Shown: positions 37,772 to 50,492 of the stretch, one piece after another
Numbering within the stretch: position 1 is the stretch's first letter
Layout: every line of letters starts with the position of its first letter
Assembly: GCA_964057225.1 (NCBI GenBank)
Contig: OZ059900.1
Location: 14,570,001 to 14,634,000 of the forward strand
Source: Auanema rhodensis
Taxonomy: Eukaryota > Animalia > Nematoda
Direction of reading: 5' to 3'
Length of the DNA: 64,000 bases
Program-made: the position numbers and the translations under genes
Notes under the pieces: generated by a model
The model's database searches: none
What the model was told of the DNA's origin: nothing
The model's input: only the letters and a program-made list of their open reading frames with translations

Positions 37772-38137
37772 AATGTTTTTGTTCTGATTCATCGTTATTG
37801 AATGTTATGCTATTTTTGTTTTCTTCAAAAAGTCGAATTAAAAAGATAATTATTAGAAAAAAGATTGTTTTAAACTTTCTGCTTTTTCAAAAGTGATTTG
37901 AGCTTGTGATTTTTTTCAAATTCTTAAACATTTCCATTTAATTTAAATGTTCTATCTCAATTACGATGAAAAAAATTGAAACGTCAGCGTTAATCAAATG
38001 TTCATTCTAACACCAAACTTCAATTAGCTCTTTGAGTAAAGTAGGCCATAAATCAAGATATGTTAGAGACAGTGTTTCATTTTTCTACTTTAATTCAAAC
38101 TCACACTCTTAATGAAAGTTTCTAAGTGCAAATTCAA

Positions 38138-38209
38138 TCCTCGGTAGTATAGTGGTGAGTATCCGCGTCTGTCACATGCGAGACCCGGGTTCAATTCCCG
38201 GCCGGGGAG
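38138..38209 (+). tRNA. tRNA-Asp(GTC)
   Basis: consensus copy. Confidence 0.95.
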
Positions 38210-38576
38210 AATGTTTTTGTTCTGATTCATCGTTATTGAATGTTATGCTATTTTTGTTTTCTTCAAAAAGTCGGATAAAAACGATAATTATTAGAAAAAA
38301 GATTGTTATAAACTTTCTGCTTTTTCAAAAGTGATTTGAGCTTGTGTTTTTTTTCTAAATTGTTAAACATTTCTATTTAATTTAAATGTTCTATCTCAAT
38401 TACGATGAAAAAAATTGAAACGTCAGCGTTAATCAATTGTTCATTCTAACACCAAACTTCAATTAGCTCTTTGAGTAAAGTAGGCCATAAATCAAGATAT
38501 GTTAGAGACAGTGTTTCATTTTTCTACTTTAATTCAAACTCACACTCTTAATGAAAGTTTCTAAGTGCAAATTCAA

Positions 38577-38648
38577 TCCTCGGTAGTATAGTGGTGAGTA
38601 TCCGCGTCTGTCACATGCGAGACCCGGGTTCAATTCCCGGCCGGGGAG
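38577..38648 (+). tRNA. tRNA-Asp(GTC)
   Basis: consensus copy. Confidence 0.95.
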
Positions 38649-39015
38649 AATGTTTTTGTTCTGATTCATCGTTATTTAATGTTATGCTATTTTTGTTTTC
38701 TTCAAAAAGTCGGATAAAAACGATAATTATTAGAAAAAAGATTGTTTTAAACTTTCTGCTTTTTCAAAAGTGATTTGAGCTTGTGATTTTTTTTTAAATT
38801 TTCAAACATTTCTATTTAATTTAAGTGTTCTATCTTAATTACGATGAAAAAAATTGATACGTCAGCGTTTATCAATCGTTAATTGTAACACCAAACTTCA
38901 ATTAGCTCTTTGAGTAAAGTAGGCCATAAATCAAGATATGTTAGAGACAGTGTTTCATTTTTCTACTTTAATTCAAACTCACACTCTTAATGAAAGTTTC
39001 TAAGTGCAAATTCAA

Positions 39016-39087
39016 TCCTCGGTAGTATAGTGGTGAGTATCCGCGTCTGTCACATGCGAGACCCGGGTTCAATTCCCGGCCGGGGAG
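39016..39087 (+). tRNA. tRNA-Asp(GTC)
   Basis: consensus copy. Confidence 0.95.
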
Positions 39088-39454
39088 AATGTTTTTGTTC
39101 TGATTCATCGTTATTGAATGTTATGCTATTTTTGTTTTCTTCAAAAAGTCGGATAAAAACGATAATTATTAGAAAAAAGATTGTTTTAAACTTTCTGCTT
39201 TTTCAAAAGTGATTTGAGCTTGTGATTTTTTTTTAAATTTTCAAACATTTCTATTTAATTTAAGTGTTCTATCTTAATTACGATGAAAAAAATTGATACG
39301 TCAGCGTTTATCAATCGTTAATTGTAACACCAAACTTCAATTAGCTCTTTGAGTAAAGTAGGCCATAAATCAAGATATGTTAGAGACAGTGTTTCATTTT
39401 TCTACTTTAATTCAAACTCACACTCTTAATGAAAGTTTCTAAGTGCAAATTCAA

Positions 39455-39526
39455 TCCTCGGTAGTATAGTGGTGAGTATCCGCGTCTGTCACATGCGAGA
39501 CCCGGGTTCAATTCCCGGCCGGGGAG
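39455..39526 (+). tRNA. tRNA-Asp(GTC)
   Basis: consensus copy. Confidence 0.95.
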
Positions 39527-39893
39527 AATGTTTTTGTTCTGATTCATCGTTATTGAATGTTATGCTATTTTTGTTTTCTTCAAAAAGTCGGATAAAAACG
39601 ATAATTATTAGAAAAAAGATTGTTTTAAACTTTCTGCTTTTTCAAAAGTGATTTGAGCTTGTGATTTTTTTTTAAATTTTCAAACATTTCTATTTAATTT
39701 AAGTGTTCTATCTTAATTACGATGAAATAAATTGATACGTCAGCGTTTATCAATCGTTAATTGTAACACCAAACTTCAATTAGCTCTTTGAGTAAAGTAG
39801 GCCATAAATCAAGATATGTTAGAGACAGTGTTTCATTTTTCTACTTTAATTCAAACTCACACTCTTAATGAAAGTTTCTAAGTGCAAATTCAA

Positions 39894-39965
39894 TCCTCGG
39901 TAGTATAGTGGTGAGTATCCGCGTCTGTCACATGCGAGACCCGGGTTCAATTCCCGGCCGGGGAG
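39894..39965 (+). tRNA. tRNA-Asp(GTC)
   Basis: consensus copy. Confidence 0.95.
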
Positions 39966-40331
39966 AATGTTTTTGTTCTGATTCATCGTTATTGAATGTT
40001 ATGCTATTTTTGTTTTCTTCCAAAAGTCGAATTAAAAAGATAATTATTAGAAAAAAGATTGTTTTAAACTTTCTGCTTTTTCAAAAGTGATTTGAGCTTG
40101 TGATTTTTTTTAAATTCTTAAACATTTCCATTTAATTTAAATGTTCTATCTCAATTACGATGAAAAAAATTGAAACGTCAGCGTTAATCAATTGTTCATT
40201 GTAACACCAAACTTCAATTAGCTCTTTGAGTAAAGTAGGCCATAAATCAAGATATGTTAGAGACAGTGTTTCATTTTTCTACTTTAATTCAAACTCACAC
40301 TCTTAATGAAAGTTTCTAAGTGCAAATTCAA

Positions 40332-40403
40332 TCCTCGGTAGTATAGTGGTGAGTATCCGCGTCTGTCACATGCGAGACCCGGGTTCAATTCCCGGCCGGG
40401 GAG
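40332..40403 (+). tRNA. tRNA-Asp(GTC)
   Basis: consensus copy. Confidence 0.95.
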
Positions 40404-40767
40404 AATGTTTTTGTTCTGATTCATCGTTATTGAATGTTATGCTATTTTTGTTTTCTTCAAAAAGTCGGATAAAAACGATAATTATTAGAAAAAAGATTGT
40501 TTCAAACTTTCTGCTTTCAAAAGTGATTTGAGCTTGTGATTTTTTTTAAATTCTTAAACATTTCCATTCAATTTAAATGTTCTATCTCAATTACGATGAA
40601 AAAAATTGAAACGTCAGCGTTAATCAAATGTTCATTCTAACACCAAACTTCAATTAGCTCTTTGAGTAAAGTAGGCCATAAATCAAGATATGTTAGAGAC
40701 AGTGTTTCATTTTTCTACTTTAATTCAAACTCACACTCTTAATGAAAGTTTCTAAGTGCAAATTCAA

Positions 40768-40839
40768 TCCTCGGTAGTATAGTGGTGAGTATCCGCGTCT
40801 GTCACATGCGAGACCCGGGTTCAATTCCCGGCCGGGGAG
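40768..40839 (+). tRNA. tRNA-Asp(GTC)
   Basis: consensus copy. Confidence 0.95.
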
Positions 40840-41206
40840 AATGTTTTTGTTCTGATTCATCGTTATTGAATGTTATGCTATTTTTGTTTTCTTCAAAAAG
40901 TCGGATAAAAACGATAATTATTAGAAAAAAGATTGTTTTAAACTTTCTGCTTTTTCAAAAGTGATTTGAGCTTGTGTTTTTTTTCTAAATTGTTAAACAT
41001 TTCTATTTAATTTAAATGTTCTATCTCAATTACGATGAAAAAAATTGAAACGTCAGCGTTAATCAATTGTTCATTCTAACACCAAACTTCAATTAGCTCT
41101 TTGAGTAAAGTAGGCCATAAATCAAGATATGTTAGAGACAGTGTTTCATTTTTCTACTTTAATTCAAACTCACACTCTTAATGAAAGTTTCTAAGTGCAA
41201 ATTCAA

Positions 41207-41278
41207 TCCTCGGTAGTATAGTGGTGAGTATCCGCGTCTGTCACATGCGAGACCCGGGTTCAATTCCCGGCCGGGGAG
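41207..41278 (+). tRNA. tRNA-Asp(GTC)
   Basis: consensus copy. Confidence 0.95.
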
Positions 41279-41645
41279 AATGTTTTTGTTCTGATTCATC
41301 GTTATTTAATGTTATGCTATTTTTGTTTTCTTCAAAAAGTCGGATAAAAACGATAATTATTAGAAAAAAGATTGTTTTAAACTTTCTGCTTTTTCAAAAG
41401 TGATTTGAGCTTGTGATTTTTTTTTAAATTTTCAAACATTTCTATTTAATTTAAGTGTTCTATCTTAATTACGATGAAAAAAATTGATACGTCAGCGTTT
41501 ATCAATCGTTAATTGTAACACCAAACTTCAATTAGCTCTTTGAGTAAAGTAGGCCATAAATCAAGATATGTTAGAGACAGTGTTTCATTTTTCTACTTTA
41601 ATTCAAACTCACACTCTTAATGAAAGTTTCTAAGTGCAAATTCAA

Positions 41646-41717
41646 TCCTCGGTAGTATAGTGGTGAGTATCCGCGTCTGTCACATGCGAGACCCGGGTTC
41701 AATTCCCGGCCGGGGAG
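41646..41717 (+). tRNA. tRNA-Asp(GTC)
   Basis: consensus copy. Confidence 0.95.
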
Positions 41718-42081
41718 AATGTTTTTGTTCTGATTCATCGTTATTGAATGTTATGCTATTTTTGTTTTCTTCAAAAAGTCGGATAAAAACGATAATTATT
41801 AGAAAAAAGATTGTTTTAAACTTTCTGCTTTCAAAAGTGATTTGAGCTTGTGATTTTTTTTAAATTCTTAAACATTTCCATTTAATTTAAATGTTCTATC
41901 TCAATTACGATGAAAAAAATTGAAACGTCAGCGTTAATCAAATGTTCATTCTAACACCAAACTTCAATTAGCTCTTTGAGTAAAGTAGGCCATAAATCAA
42001 GGTATGTTAGAGACAGTGTTTCATTTTTCTACTTTAATTCAAACTCACACTCTTAATGAAAGTTTCTAAGTGCAAATTCAA

Positions 42082-42153
42082 TCCTCGGTAGTATAGTGGT
42101 GAGTATCCGCGTCTGTCACATGCGAGACCCGGGTTCAATTCCCGGCCGGGGAG
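42082..42153 (+). tRNA. tRNA-Asp(GTC)
   Basis: consensus copy. Confidence 0.95.
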
Positions 42154-42520
42154 AATGTTTTTGTTCTGATTCATCGTTATTGAATGTTATGCTATTTTTG
42201 TTTTCTTCAAAAAGTCGGATAAAAACGATAATTATTAGAAAAAAGATTGTTTTAAACTTTCTGCTTTTTCAAAAGTGATTTGAGCTTGTGATTTTTTTTT
42301 AAATTTTCAAACATTTCTATTTAATTTAAGTGTTCTATCTTAATTACGATGAAAAAAATTGATACGTCAGCGTTTATCAATCGTTAATTGTAACACCAAA
42401 CTTCAATTAGCTCTTTGAGTAAAGTAGGCCATAAATCAAGATATGTTAGAGACAGTGTTTCATTTTTCTACTTTAATTCAAACTCACACTCTTAATGAAA
42501 GTTTCTAAGTGCAAATTCAA

Positions 42521-42592
42521 TCCTCGGTAGTATAGTGGTGAGTATCCGCGTCTGTCACATGCGAGACCCGGGTTCAATTCCCGGCCGGGGAG
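42521..42592 (+). tRNA. tRNA-Asp(GTC)
   Basis: consensus copy. Confidence 0.95.
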
Positions 42593-42958
42593 AATGCTTT
42601 TGTTCTGATTCATCATTATTGAATGTTATGCTATTTTTGTTTTCTTCAAAAAGTCGGATAAAGACGATAATTATTAGAAAAAAGATTGTTTTAAACTTTC
42701 TGCTTTTTCAAAAGTGGTTTGAGCTCGTGATTTTTTTTAAATTTTCAAACATTTCTATTTAATTTAAGTGTTCTATCTTAATTACGATGAAAAAAATTGA
42801 TACGTCAGCGTTTATCAATCGTTAATTGTAACACCAAACTTCAATTAGCTCTTTGAGTAAAGTAGGCCATAAATCAAGATATGTTAGAGACCGTGTTTCA
42901 TTTTTCTACTTTAATTCAAACTCACACTCTTAATGAAAGTTTCTAAGTGCAAATTCAA

Positions 42959-43030
42959 TCCTCGGTAGTATAGTGGTGAGTATCCGCGTCTGTCACATGC
43001 GAGACCCGGGTTCAATTCCCGGCCGGGGAG
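42959..43030 (+). tRNA. tRNA-Asp(GTC)
   Basis: consensus copy. Confidence 0.95.
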
Positions 43031-43396
43031 AATGTTTTTGTTCTGATTCATCGTTATTGAATGTTATGCTATTTTTGTTTTCTTCAAAAAGTCGGATAAA
43101 GACGATAATTATTAGAAAAAAGATTGTTTTAAACTTTCTGCTTTTTCAAAAGTGATTTGAGCTTGTGATTTTTTTTAAATTTTCAAACATTTCTATTTAA
43201 TTTAAGTGTTCTATCTTAATTACGATGAAAAAAATTGATACGTCAGCGTTTATCAATCGTTAATTGTAACACCAAACTTCAATAAACTCTTTGAGTAAAG
43301 TAGGCCATAAATCAAGATATGTTAGAGACAGTGTTTCATTTTTCTACTTTAATTCAAACTCACACTCTTAATGAAAGTTTCTAAGTGCAAATTCAA

Positions 43397-43468
43397 TCCT
43401 CGGTAGTATAGTGGTGAGTATTCGCGTCTGTCACATGCGAGACCCGGGTTCAATTCCCGGCCGGGGAG
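43397..43468 (+). tRNA. tRNA-Asp(GTC), C26T variant
   Basis: GAGTATTCGCG, change at an unpaired position. Confidence 0.9.
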
Positions 43469-43835
43469 AATGTTTTTGTTCTGATTCATCGTTATTGAAT
43501 GTTATGCTATTTTTGTTTTCTTCAAAAAGTCGGATAAAAACGATAATTATTAGAAAAAAGATTGTTTTAAACTTTCTGCTTTTTCAAAAGTGATTTGAGC
43601 TTGTGATTTTTTTTTAAATTTTCAAACATTTCTATTTAATTTAAGTGTTCTATCTTAATTACGATGAAAAAAATTGATACGTCAGCGTTTATCAATCGTT
43701 AATTGTAACACCAAACTTCAATTAGCTCTTTGAGTAAAGTAGGCCATAAATCAAGATATGTTAGAGACAGTGTTTCATTTTTCTACTTTAATTCAAACTC
43801 ACACTCTTAATGAAAGTTTCTAAGTGCAAATTCAA

Positions 43836-43907
43836 TCCTCGGTAGTATAGTGGTGAGTATCCGCGTCTGTCACATGCGAGACCCGGGTTCAATTCCCGGC
43901 CGGGGAG
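43836..43907 (+). tRNA. tRNA-Asp(GTC)
   Basis: consensus copy. Confidence 0.95.
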
Positions 43908-44274
43908 AATGTTTTTGTTCTGATTCATCGTTATTGAATGTTATGCTATTTTTGTTTTCTTCAAAAAGTCGGATAAAAACGATGATTATTAGAAAAAAGA
44001 TTGTTTTAAACTTTCTGCTTTTTCAAAAGTGATTTGAGCTTGTGATTTTTTTTTAAATTTTCAAACATTTCTATTTAATTTAAGTGTTCTATCTTAATTA
44101 CGATGAAAAAAAATGGAACGTCAGCGTTAATCAATTGTTCATTGTAACACCAAACTTCAATTAGCTCTTTGATTAAAGTAGGCCATGAATCAAGATATGT
44201 TAGAGACAGTGTTTCATTTATCTACTTTAATTCAAACTCACACTCTTAATGAAAGTTTCTAAGTGCAAATTCAA

Positions 44275-44346
44275 TCCTCGGTAGTATAGTGGTGAGTATC
44301 CGCGTCTGTCACATGCGAGACCCGGGTTCAATTCCCGGCCGGGGAG
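44275..44346 (+). tRNA. tRNA-Asp(GTC)
   Basis: consensus copy. Confidence 0.95.
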
Positions 44347-44712
44347 AATGTTTTTGTTCTGATTCATCGTTATTGAATGTTATGCTATTTTTGTTTTCTT
44401 CAAAAAGTCGGATAAAAACGATAATTATTAGAAAAAAGATTGTTTTAAACTTTCTGCTTTTTCAAAAGTGATTTGAGCTTGTGATTTTTTTAAAATTTTC
44501 AAACATTTCTATTTAATTTAAGTGTTCTATCTTAATTACGATGAAAAAAATTGATACGTCAGCGTTTATCAATCGTTAATTGTAACACCAAACTTCAATT
44601 AGCTCTTTGAGTAAAGTAGGCCATAAATCAAGATATGTTAGAGACAGTGTTTCATTTTTCTACTTTAATTCAAACTCACACTCTTAATGAAAGTTTCTAA
44701 GTGCAAATTCAA

Positions 44713-44784
44713 TCCTCGGTAGTATAGTGGTGAGTATCCGCGTCTGTCACATGCGAGACCCGGGTTCAATTCCCGGCCGGGGAG
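44713..44784 (+). tRNA. tRNA-Asp(GTC)
   Basis: consensus copy. Confidence 0.95.
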
Positions 44785-45151
44785 AATGTTTTTGTTCTGA
44801 TTCATCGTTATTGAATGTTATGCTATTTTTGTTTTCTTCAAAAAGTCGGATAAAAACGATAATTATTAGAAAAAAGATTGTTTTAAACTTTCTGCTTTTT
44901 CAAAAGTGATTTGAGCTTGTGATTTTTTTTTAAATTTTCAAACATTTCTATTTAATTTAAGTGTTCTATCTTAATTACGATGAAAAAGATTGATACGTCA
45001 GCGTTTATCAATCGTTAATTGTAACACCAAACTTCAATTAGCTCTTTGAGTAAAGTAGGCCATAAATCAAGATATGTTAGAGACAGTGTTTCATTTTTCT
45101 ACTTTAATTCAAACTCACACTCTTAATGAAAGTTTCTAAGTGCAAATTCAA

Positions 45152-45223
45152 TCCTCGGTAGTATAGTGGTGAGTATCCGCGTCTGTCACATGCGAGACCC
45201 GGGTTCAATTCCCGGCCGGGGAG
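45152..45223 (+). tRNA. tRNA-Asp(GTC)
   Basis: consensus copy. Confidence 0.95.
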
Positions 45224-45590
45224 AATGTTTTTGTTCTGATTCATCGTTATTGAATGTTATGCTAATTTTGTTTTCTTCAAAAAGTCGGCTAAAAACGATA
45301 ATTATTAGAAAAAAGATTGTTTTAAACTTTCTGCTTTTTCAAAAGTGATTTGAGCTTGTGATTTTTTTTTAAATTTTCAAACATTTCTATTTAATTTAAG
45401 TGTTCTATCTTAATTACGATGAAAAAAAATGGAACGTCAGCGTTAATCAATTGTTCATTGTAACACCAAACTTCAATTAGCTCTTTGATTAAAGTAGGCC
45501 ATGAATCAAGATATGTTAGAGACAGTGTTTCATTTATCTACTTTAATTCAAACTCACACTCTTAATGAAAGTTTCTAAGTGCAAATTCAA

Positions 45591-45662
45591 TCCTCGGTAG
45601 TATAGTGGTGAGTATCCGCGTCTGTCACATGCGAGACCCGGGTTCAATTCCCGGCCGGGGAG
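45591..45662 (+). tRNA. tRNA-Asp(GTC)
   Basis: consensus copy. Confidence 0.95.
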
Positions 45663-46028
45663 AATGTTTTTGTTCTGATTCATCGTTATTGAATGTTATG
45701 CTATTTTTGTTTTCTTCAAAAAGTCGGATAAAGACGATAATTATTAGAAAAAAGATTGTTTTTAACTTTCTGCTTTTTCAAAAGTGATTTGAGCTTGTGA
45801 TTTTTTTTAAATTCTTAAACATTTCCATTTAATTTAAGTGTTCTATCTTAATTACGATGAAAAAAATTGATACGTCAGCGTTTATCAATCGTTAATTGTA
45901 ACACCAAACTTCAATTAACTCTTTGAGTAAAGTAGGCCATAAATCAAGATATGTTAGAGACAGTGTTTCATTTTTCTACTTTAATTCAAACTCACACTCT
46001 TAATGAAAGTTTCTAAGTGCAAATTCAA

Positions 46029-46100
46029 TCCTCGGTAGTATAGTGGTGAGTATCCGCGTCTGTCACATGCGAGACCCGGGTTCAATTCCCGGCCGGGGAG
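46029..46100 (+). tRNA. tRNA-Asp(GTC)
   Basis: consensus copy. Confidence 0.95.
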
Positions 46101-46467
46101 AATGTTTTTGTTCTGATTCATCGTTATTGAATGTTATGCTATTTTTGTTTTCTTCAAAAAGTCGGATAAAAACGATGATTATTAGAAAAAAGATTGTTTT
46201 AAACTTTCTGCTTTTTCAAAAGTGATTTGAGCTTGTGATTTTTTTTTAAATTTTCAAACATTTCTATTTAATTTAAGTGTTCTATCTTAATTACGATGAA
46301 AAAAAATGGAACGTCAGCGTTAATCAATTGTTCATTGTAACACCAAACTTCAATTAGCTCTTTGAGTAAAGTAGGCCATAAATCAAGATATGTTAGAGAC
46401 AGTGTTTCATTTTTCTACTTTAATTCAAACTCACACTCTTAATGAAAGTTTCTAAGTGCAAATTCAA

Positions 46468-46539
46468 TCCTCGGTAGTATAGTGGTGAGTATCCGCGTCT
46501 GTCACATGCGAGACCCGGGTTCAATTCCCGGCCGGGGAG
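46468..46539 (+). tRNA. tRNA-Asp(GTC)
   Basis: consensus copy. Confidence 0.95.
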
Positions 46540-46905
46540 AATGTTTTTGTTCTGATTCATCGTTATTGAATGTTATGCTATTTTTGTTTTCTTCAAAAAG
46601 TCGGATAAAAACGATAATTATTAGAGAAAAGATTGTTTTAAACTTTCTGTTTTTTCAAAAGTGATTTGAGCTTGTGATTTTTTTAAAATTTTCAAACATT
46701 TCTATTTAATTTAAGTGTTCTATCTTAATTACGATGAAAAAAATTGATACGTCAGCGTTTATCAATCGTTAATTGTAACACCAAACTTCAATTAGCTCTT
46801 TGAGTAAAGTAGGCCATAAATCAAGATATGTTAGAGACAGTGTTTCATTTTTCTACTTTAATTCAAACTCACACTCTTAATGAAAGTTTCTAAGTGCAAA
46901 TTCAA

Positions 46906-46977
46906 TCCTCGGTAGTATAGTGGTGAGTATCCGCGTCTGTCACATGCGAGACCCGGGTTCAATTCCCGGCCGGGGAG
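46906..46977 (+). tRNA. tRNA-Asp(GTC)
   Basis: consensus copy. Confidence 0.95.
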
Positions 46978-47344
46978 AATGTTTTTGTTCTGATTCATCG
47001 TTATTGAATGTTATGATATTTTTGTTTTCTTCAAAAAGTCGGATAAAAACGATAATTATTAGAAAAAAGATTGTTTTAAACTTTCTGCTTTCTCAAAAGT
47101 GATTTGAGCTTGTGATTTTTTTTTAAATTTTCAAACATTTCTATTTAATTTAAGTGTTCTATCTTAATTACGATGAAAAAAATTGATACGTCAGCGTTTA
47201 TCAATCGTTAATTGTAACACCAAACTTCAATTAGCTCTTTGAGTAAAGTAGGCCATAAATCAAGATATGTTAGAGACAGTGTTTCATTTTTCTACTTTAA
47301 TTCAAACTCACACTCTTAATGAAAGTTTCTAAGTGCAAATTCAA

Positions 47345-47416
47345 TCCTCGGTAGTATAGTGGTGAGTATCCGCGTCTGTCACATGCGAGACCCGGGTTCA
47401 ATTCCCGGCCGGGGAG
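47345..47416 (+). tRNA. tRNA-Asp(GTC)
   Basis: consensus copy. Confidence 0.95.
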
Positions 47417-47783
47417 AATGTTTTTGTTCTGATTCATCGTTATTGAATGTTATGCTATTTTTGTTTTCTTCAAAAAGTCGGATAAAAACGATAATTATTA
47501 GAAAAAAGATTGTTTTAAACTTTCTGCTTTTTCAAAAGTGATTTGAGCTTGTGATTTTTTTTTAAATTTTCAAACATTTCTATTTAATTTAAGTGTTCTA
47601 TCTTAATTACGATGAAAAAAAATGGAACGTCAGCGTTAATCAATTGTTCATTGTAACACCAAACTTCAATTAGCTCTTTGATTAAAGTAGGCCATGAATC
47701 AAGATATGTTAGAGACAGTGTTTCATTTATCTACTTTAATTCAAACTCACACTCTTAATGAAAGTTTCTAAGTGCAAATTCAA

Positions 47784-47855
47784 TCCTCGGTAGTATAGTG
47801 GTGAGTATCCGCGTCTGTCACATGCGAGACCCGGGTTCAATTCCCGGCCGGGGAG
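47784..47855 (+). tRNA. tRNA-Asp(GTC)
   Basis: consensus copy. Confidence 0.95.
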
Positions 47856-48221
47856 AATGTTTTTGTTCTGATTCATCGTTATTGAATGTTATGCTATTTT
47901 TGTTTTCTTCAAAAAGTCGGATAAAGACGATAATTATTAGAAAAAAGATTGTTTTTAACTTTCTGCTTTTTCAAAAGTGATTTGAGCTTGTGATTTTTTT
48001 TAAATTCTTAAACATTTCCATTTAATTTAAGTGTTCTATCTTAATTACGATGAAAAAAATTGATACGTCAGCGTTTATCAATCGTTAATTGTAACACCAA
48101 ACTTCAATTAACTCTTTGAGTAAAGTAGGCCATAAATCAAGATATGTTAGAGACAGTGTTTCATTTTTCTACTTTAATTCAAACTCACACTCTTAATGAA
48201 AGTTTCTAAGTGCAAATTCAA

Positions 48222-48293
48222 TCCTCGGTAGTATAGTGGTGAGTATCCGCGTCTGTCACATGCGAGACCCGGGTTCAATTCCCGGCCGGGGAG
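48222..48293 (+). tRNA. tRNA-Asp(GTC)
   Basis: consensus copy. Confidence 0.95.
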
Positions 48294-48659
48294 AACGTTT
48301 TTGTTCTGATTCATCGTTATTGAATGTTATGCTATTTTTGTTTTCTTCAAAAAGTCGGATAAAAACGATAATTATTAGAGAAAAGATTGTTTTAAACTTT
48401 CTGTTTTTTCAAAAGTGATTTGAGCTTGTGATTTTTTTAAAATTTTCAAACATTTCTATTTAATTTAAGTGTTCTATCTTAATTACGATGAAAAAAATTG
48501 ATACGTCAGCGTTTATCAATCGTTAATTGTAACACCAAACTTCAATTAGCTCTTTGAGTAAAGTAGGCCATAAATCAAGATATGTTAGAGACAGTGTTTC
48601 ATTTTTCTACTTTAATTCAAACTCACACTCTTAATGAAAGTTTCTAAGTGCAAATTCAA

Positions 48660-48731
48660 TCCTCGGTAGTATAGTGGTGAGTATCCGCGTCTGTCACATG
48701 CGAGACCCGGGTTCAATTCCCGGCCGGGGAG
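48660..48731 (+). tRNA. tRNA-Asp(GTC)
   Basis: consensus copy. Confidence 0.95.
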
Positions 48732-49098
48732 AATGTTTTTGTTCTGATTCATCGTTATTGAATGTTATGATATTTTTGTTTTCTTCAAAAAGTCGGATAA
48801 AAACGATAATTATTAGAAAAAAGATTGTTTTAAACTTTCTGCTTTCTCAAAAGTGATTTGAGCTTGTGATTTTTTTTTAAATTTTCAAACATTTCTATTT
48901 AATTTAAGTGTTCTATCTTAATTACGATGAAAAAAATTGATACGTCAGCGTTTATCAATCGTTAATTGTAACACCAAACTTCAATTAGCTCTTTGAGTAA
49001 AGTAGGCCATAAATCAAGATATGTTAGAGACAGTGTTTCATTTTTCTACTTTAATTCAAACTCACACTCTTAATGAAAGTTTCTAAGTGCAAATTCAA

Positions 49099-49170
49099 TC
49101 CTCGGTAGTATAGTGGTGAGTATCCGCGTCTGTCACATGCGAGACCCGGGTTCAATTCCCGGCCGGGGAG
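49099..49170 (+). tRNA. tRNA-Asp(GTC)
   Basis: consensus copy. Confidence 0.95.
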
Positions 49171-49537
49171 AATGTTTTTGTTCTGATTCATCGTTATTGA
49201 ATGTTATGCTATTTTTGTTTTCTTCAAAAAGTCGGATAAAAACGATAATTATTAGAAAAAAGATTGTTTTAAACTTTCTGCTTTTTCAAAAGTGATTTGA
49301 GCTTGTGATTTTTTTTTAAATTTTCAAACATTTCTATTTAATTTAAGTGTTCTATCTTAATTACGATGAAAAAAAATGGAACGTCAGCGTTAATCAATTG
49401 TTCATTGTAACACCAAACTTCAATTAGCTCTTTGATTAAAGTAGGCCATGAATCAAGATATGTTAGAGACAGTGTTTCATTTATCTACTTTAATTCAAAC
49501 TCACACTCTTAATGAAAGTTTCTAAGTGCAAATTCAA

Positions 49538-49609
49538 TCCTCGGTAGTATAGTGGTGAGTATCCGCGTCTGTCACATGCGAGACCCGGGTTCAATTCCCG
49601 GCCGGGGAG
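49538..49609 (+). tRNA. tRNA-Asp(GTC)
   Basis: consensus copy. Confidence 0.95.
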
Positions 49610-49976
49610 AATGTTTTTGTTCTGATTCATCGTTATTGAATGTTATGCTATTTTTGTTTTCTTCATAAAGTCGGATAAAAACGACAATTATTAGAAAAAA
49701 GATTGTTTTAAACTTTCTGCTTTTTCAAAAGTGATTTGAGCTTGTGATTTTTTTTTAAATTTTCAAACATTTCTATTTAATTTAAGTGTTCTATCTTAAT
49801 TACGATGAAAAAAATTGATACGTCAGCGTTTATCAATCGTTAATTGTAACACCAAACTTCAATTAGCTCTTTGAGTAAAGTAGGCCATAAATCAAGATAT
49901 GTTAGAGACAGTGTTTCATTTTTCTACTTTAATTCAAACTCACACTCTTAATGAAAGTTTCTGAGTGCAAATTCAA

Positions 49977-50048
49977 TCCTCGGTAGTATAGTGGTGAGTA
50001 TCCGCGTCTGTCACATGCGAGACCCGGGTTCAATTCCCGGCCGGGGAG
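49977..50048 (+). tRNA. tRNA-Asp(GTC)
   Basis: consensus copy. Confidence 0.95.
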
Positions 50049-50420
50049 AATGTTTTTGTTCTGATTCATCGTTATTGAATGTTATGCTATTTTTGTTTTC
50101 TTCCAAAAGTCGGATAAAAAAGATAATTATTAGAAAAAAGGTTGTTTTATTTTAAACTTTCTGTTTTTTCAAAAGTGATTTGAGCTTGTGTTTTTTTTCT
50201 AAATTGTTAAACATTTCCATTTAATTTAAATGTTCTATCTCAATTACGATGAAAAAAAATGGAACGTCAGCGTTAATCAATTGTTCATTGTAACACCAAA
50301 CTTCAATTAGCTCTTTGATTAAAGTAGGCCATAAATCAAGATATGTTAGAGACAGTGTTTCATTTTTCTACTTTAATTCAAACTCACACTCTTAATGAAA
50401 GTTTCCAAGTGCAAATTCAA

Positions 50421-50492
50421 TCCTCGGTAGTATAGTGGTGAGTATCCGCGTCTGTCACATGCGAGACCCGGGTTCAATTCCCGGCCGGGGAG
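50421..50492 (+). tRNA. tRNA-Asp(GTC)
   Basis: consensus copy. Confidence 0.95.

Larger units (their letters stand above)
21912..40331 (+). repeat. Higher-order duplication, period 8771 bp (20 units): 21912-31560 and 31561-40331
   Basis: Same order of unit variants; private markers CACCCTCT (~26261/~35032), TTTGAAAC (~26081/~34852) and GAAATAAA (~30953/~39724) are all 8771 bp apart. Confidence 0.9.
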
